Of a stretch of DNA of 64,000 nucleotides, positions 62,790 to 64,000 are shown piece after piece (positions within the stretch are counted from its first letter, which is position 1; the number at the start of each line of letters is the position of its first letter). The notes beneath the pieces are model-generated. The model did not search any database and was not told the origin of the DNA. It was given only the letters and a program-made list of their open reading frames with translations. The stretch is from NCBI GenBank assembly GCA_039800345.1, contig JBDLQX010000073.1:3697-67696 (forward strand), given 5' to 3'. The stretch is from Pseudomonadota bacterium. GTDB taxonomy: Bacteria > Pseudomonadota > Gammaproteobacteria > Burkholderiales > Burkholderiaceae_A. Made by a program: the position numbers and the translations under genes.

Positions 62790-64000
62790 TTACATTCGGA
62801 AGAGGCCAAAACGGGTGTCCGGGATGGGCGCGTGCAGGCTGGCAGCAATTCCAAGGGCTAAGACCTGGCGGGTGTCGACGGGGTCGATAATGCCGTCGTC
62901 CCAGAGTCGGGCCGAGGCATAGTAGGGATGCCCTTCACGTTCATATTTTTCTCGAATCGGGGTCTTAAACGTCTCTTCTTCTTCGGTAGACCAGGGCTGC
63001 CCTTGCGACTGCAGATTGTCGCGTCGCAGTGTGGCCAAGACGCTGGCGGCCTGCTCGCCGCCCATGACTGAGATGCGCGCATTGGGCCACATCCACAATA
63101 ACCGGGGGCTGAAGGCGCGGCCGCACATGCCGTAGTTTCCCGCACCAAATGAGCCCCCGATAATGACGGTGAATTTCGGAACGGCGGCGGTGGCCACAGC
63201 GGTGACGAGCTTGGCGCCGTTTTTGGCAATCCCCTCGTTTTCGTATTTCCGCCCGACCATAAACCCAGTGATGTTTTGTAAGAACACCAGGGGGATCTTG
63301 CGCTGACAGCAGAGTTCAATGAAGTGGGCCCCTTTCTGGGCGCTTTCCGAAAACAGGATGCCGTTGTTGGCCACAATGCCTACGGGCATGCCATGCAGAT
63401 AGGCAAACCCGGTAACGAGTGTGGTGCCAAACCGCGCCTTGAATTCTTCAAAGTCGGAGTCGTCGACAATGCGGGCAATAATCTCGCGCACGTCAAAGGG
63501 CTGCCGCGCGTCTGTCGGGATGATGCCGTAGAGTTCCTGCGGATCGTACCGCGGGGGACGCGGGGGCAGGGCATGAGAGAAGTCGGGCTTGGCCCGATTG
63601 AACTTCGCCACAATATCGCGGGCCATGCGAAGGCTGTGCCCATCATTGGTGGCATAGTGGTCGGCAACCCCCGAAAGCCGCGTGTGTACGTCGGCACCTC
63701 CCAGGTCTTCGGCGGTAACCACTTCGCCGGTAGCTGCCTTCACCAGGGGAGGACCCCCGAGAAAAATGGTGCCCTGGTCTTTCACGATGATCGACTCATC
63801 ACTCATGGCCGGAACATAGGCGCCGCCTGCCGTGCATGAGCCCATCACGACCGCGATCTGGGGAATCGATTTGGCCGACATGGTGGCCTGGTTAAAAAAG
63901 ATTCGACCAAAATGGTCGCGATCAGGAAAGACCTCGTCTTGGTTAGGAAGATTGGCCCCTCCCGAGTCGACGAGGTAGATGCACGGCAGGTTGTTCTGCT
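62790..64000 (-). CDS. liuB: Methylcrotonyl-CoA carboxylase beta subunit (carboxyltransferase), N-terminus outside the window
   Basis: The frame stays open upstream of the track Met (63881) to the window edge. Translated by hand it reads '...[63 protein letters not shown]', the MCC-beta signature region. Confidence 0.9.
   Translation of the reverse strand, partial: QNNLPCIYLVDSGGANLPNQDEVFPDRDHFGRIFFNQATMSAKSIPQIAVVMGSCTAGGAYVPAMSDESIIVKDQGTIFLGGPPLVKAATGEVVTAEDLGGADVHTRLSGVADHYATNDGHSLRMARDIVAKFNRAKPDFSHALPPRPPRYDPQELYGIIPTDARQPFDVREIIARIVDDSDFEEFKARFGTTLVTGFAYLHGMPVGIVANNGILFSESAQKGAHFIELCCQRKIPLVFLQNITGFMVGRKYENEGIAKNGAKLVTAVATAAVPKFTVIIGGSFGAGNYGMCGRAFSPRLLWMWPNARISVMGGEQAASVLATLRRDNLQSQGQPWSTEEEETFKTPIREKYEREGHPYYASARLWDDGIIDPVDTRQVLALGIAASLHAPIPDTRFGLFRM

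Overview
This is a 64-kb window from a moderately high-GC proteobacterial chromosome. The core gene order (fkpB-ispH, recG/oxyR, rsfS-nadD, etfBA-acyl-CoA dehydrogenase, methylcrotonyl-CoA carboxylase) looks betaproteobacterial, but that is inference only. The window has two parts.

(1) nt 1-40,300 is a tightly packed patchwork of about 38 catabolic and redox genes in at least 13 short operons on alternating strands.
- A hydrolase-rich block holds a flavin monooxygenase, a HyuA/HyuB-type ATP-dependent enzyme, an amidase, four alpha/beta-fold hydrolases and an ACMSD-type amidohydrolase.
- An 11-kb operon places a CoxGMSL-type molybdenum hydroxylase inside a split TRAP transporter.
- Quinone/electrophile-type enzymes are present: OYE, two GSTs, two small VOC proteins, Qor, GlcG and a tandem OsmC-like protein.
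- A sugar-acid-like module contains a Gfo/Idh/MocA enzyme, an IlvD/Edd dehydratase, an SDR and a FAH-family protein, next to TauE and Ldh2 genes.
- A second TRAP transporter is present.

I found no transcription factor, transposase, integrase, tRNA, rRNA, CRISPR array or recognisable defence gene in this part.

(2) nt 40,300-64,000 is ordinary housekeeping: spermidine-synthase-like membrane protein, ispH, fkpB, ridA, recG, oxyR, cysM, rsfS, nadD, chrA, SCO1, FAD oxidoreductase, CysB-like LysR, panB, MBL hydrolase, etfBA, acyl-CoA dehydrogenase, LysE and MCCase alpha/beta.

I see no clear-cut novel system such as a defence island. The most unusual observations are:
- the transporter-embedded Mo-hydroxylase operon with inverted M-Q order;
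- a HyuB fused to an acetone-carboxylase-gamma-like zinc module;
- a recurrent ATCA-N2-TGAT-type motif in promoters of the regulator-less region;
- a TRAP binding protein lacking the carboxylate-clamp arginine;
- two housekeeping genes that lack any canonical start codon (rsfS, and the gene downstream of ispH, which is in frame with the ispH stop codon);
- an RsfS carrying a 130-aa Lys/Ala/Pro histone-H1-like tail encoded by tandem repeats.

All family calls come from motif recognition by eye. No database search was run.
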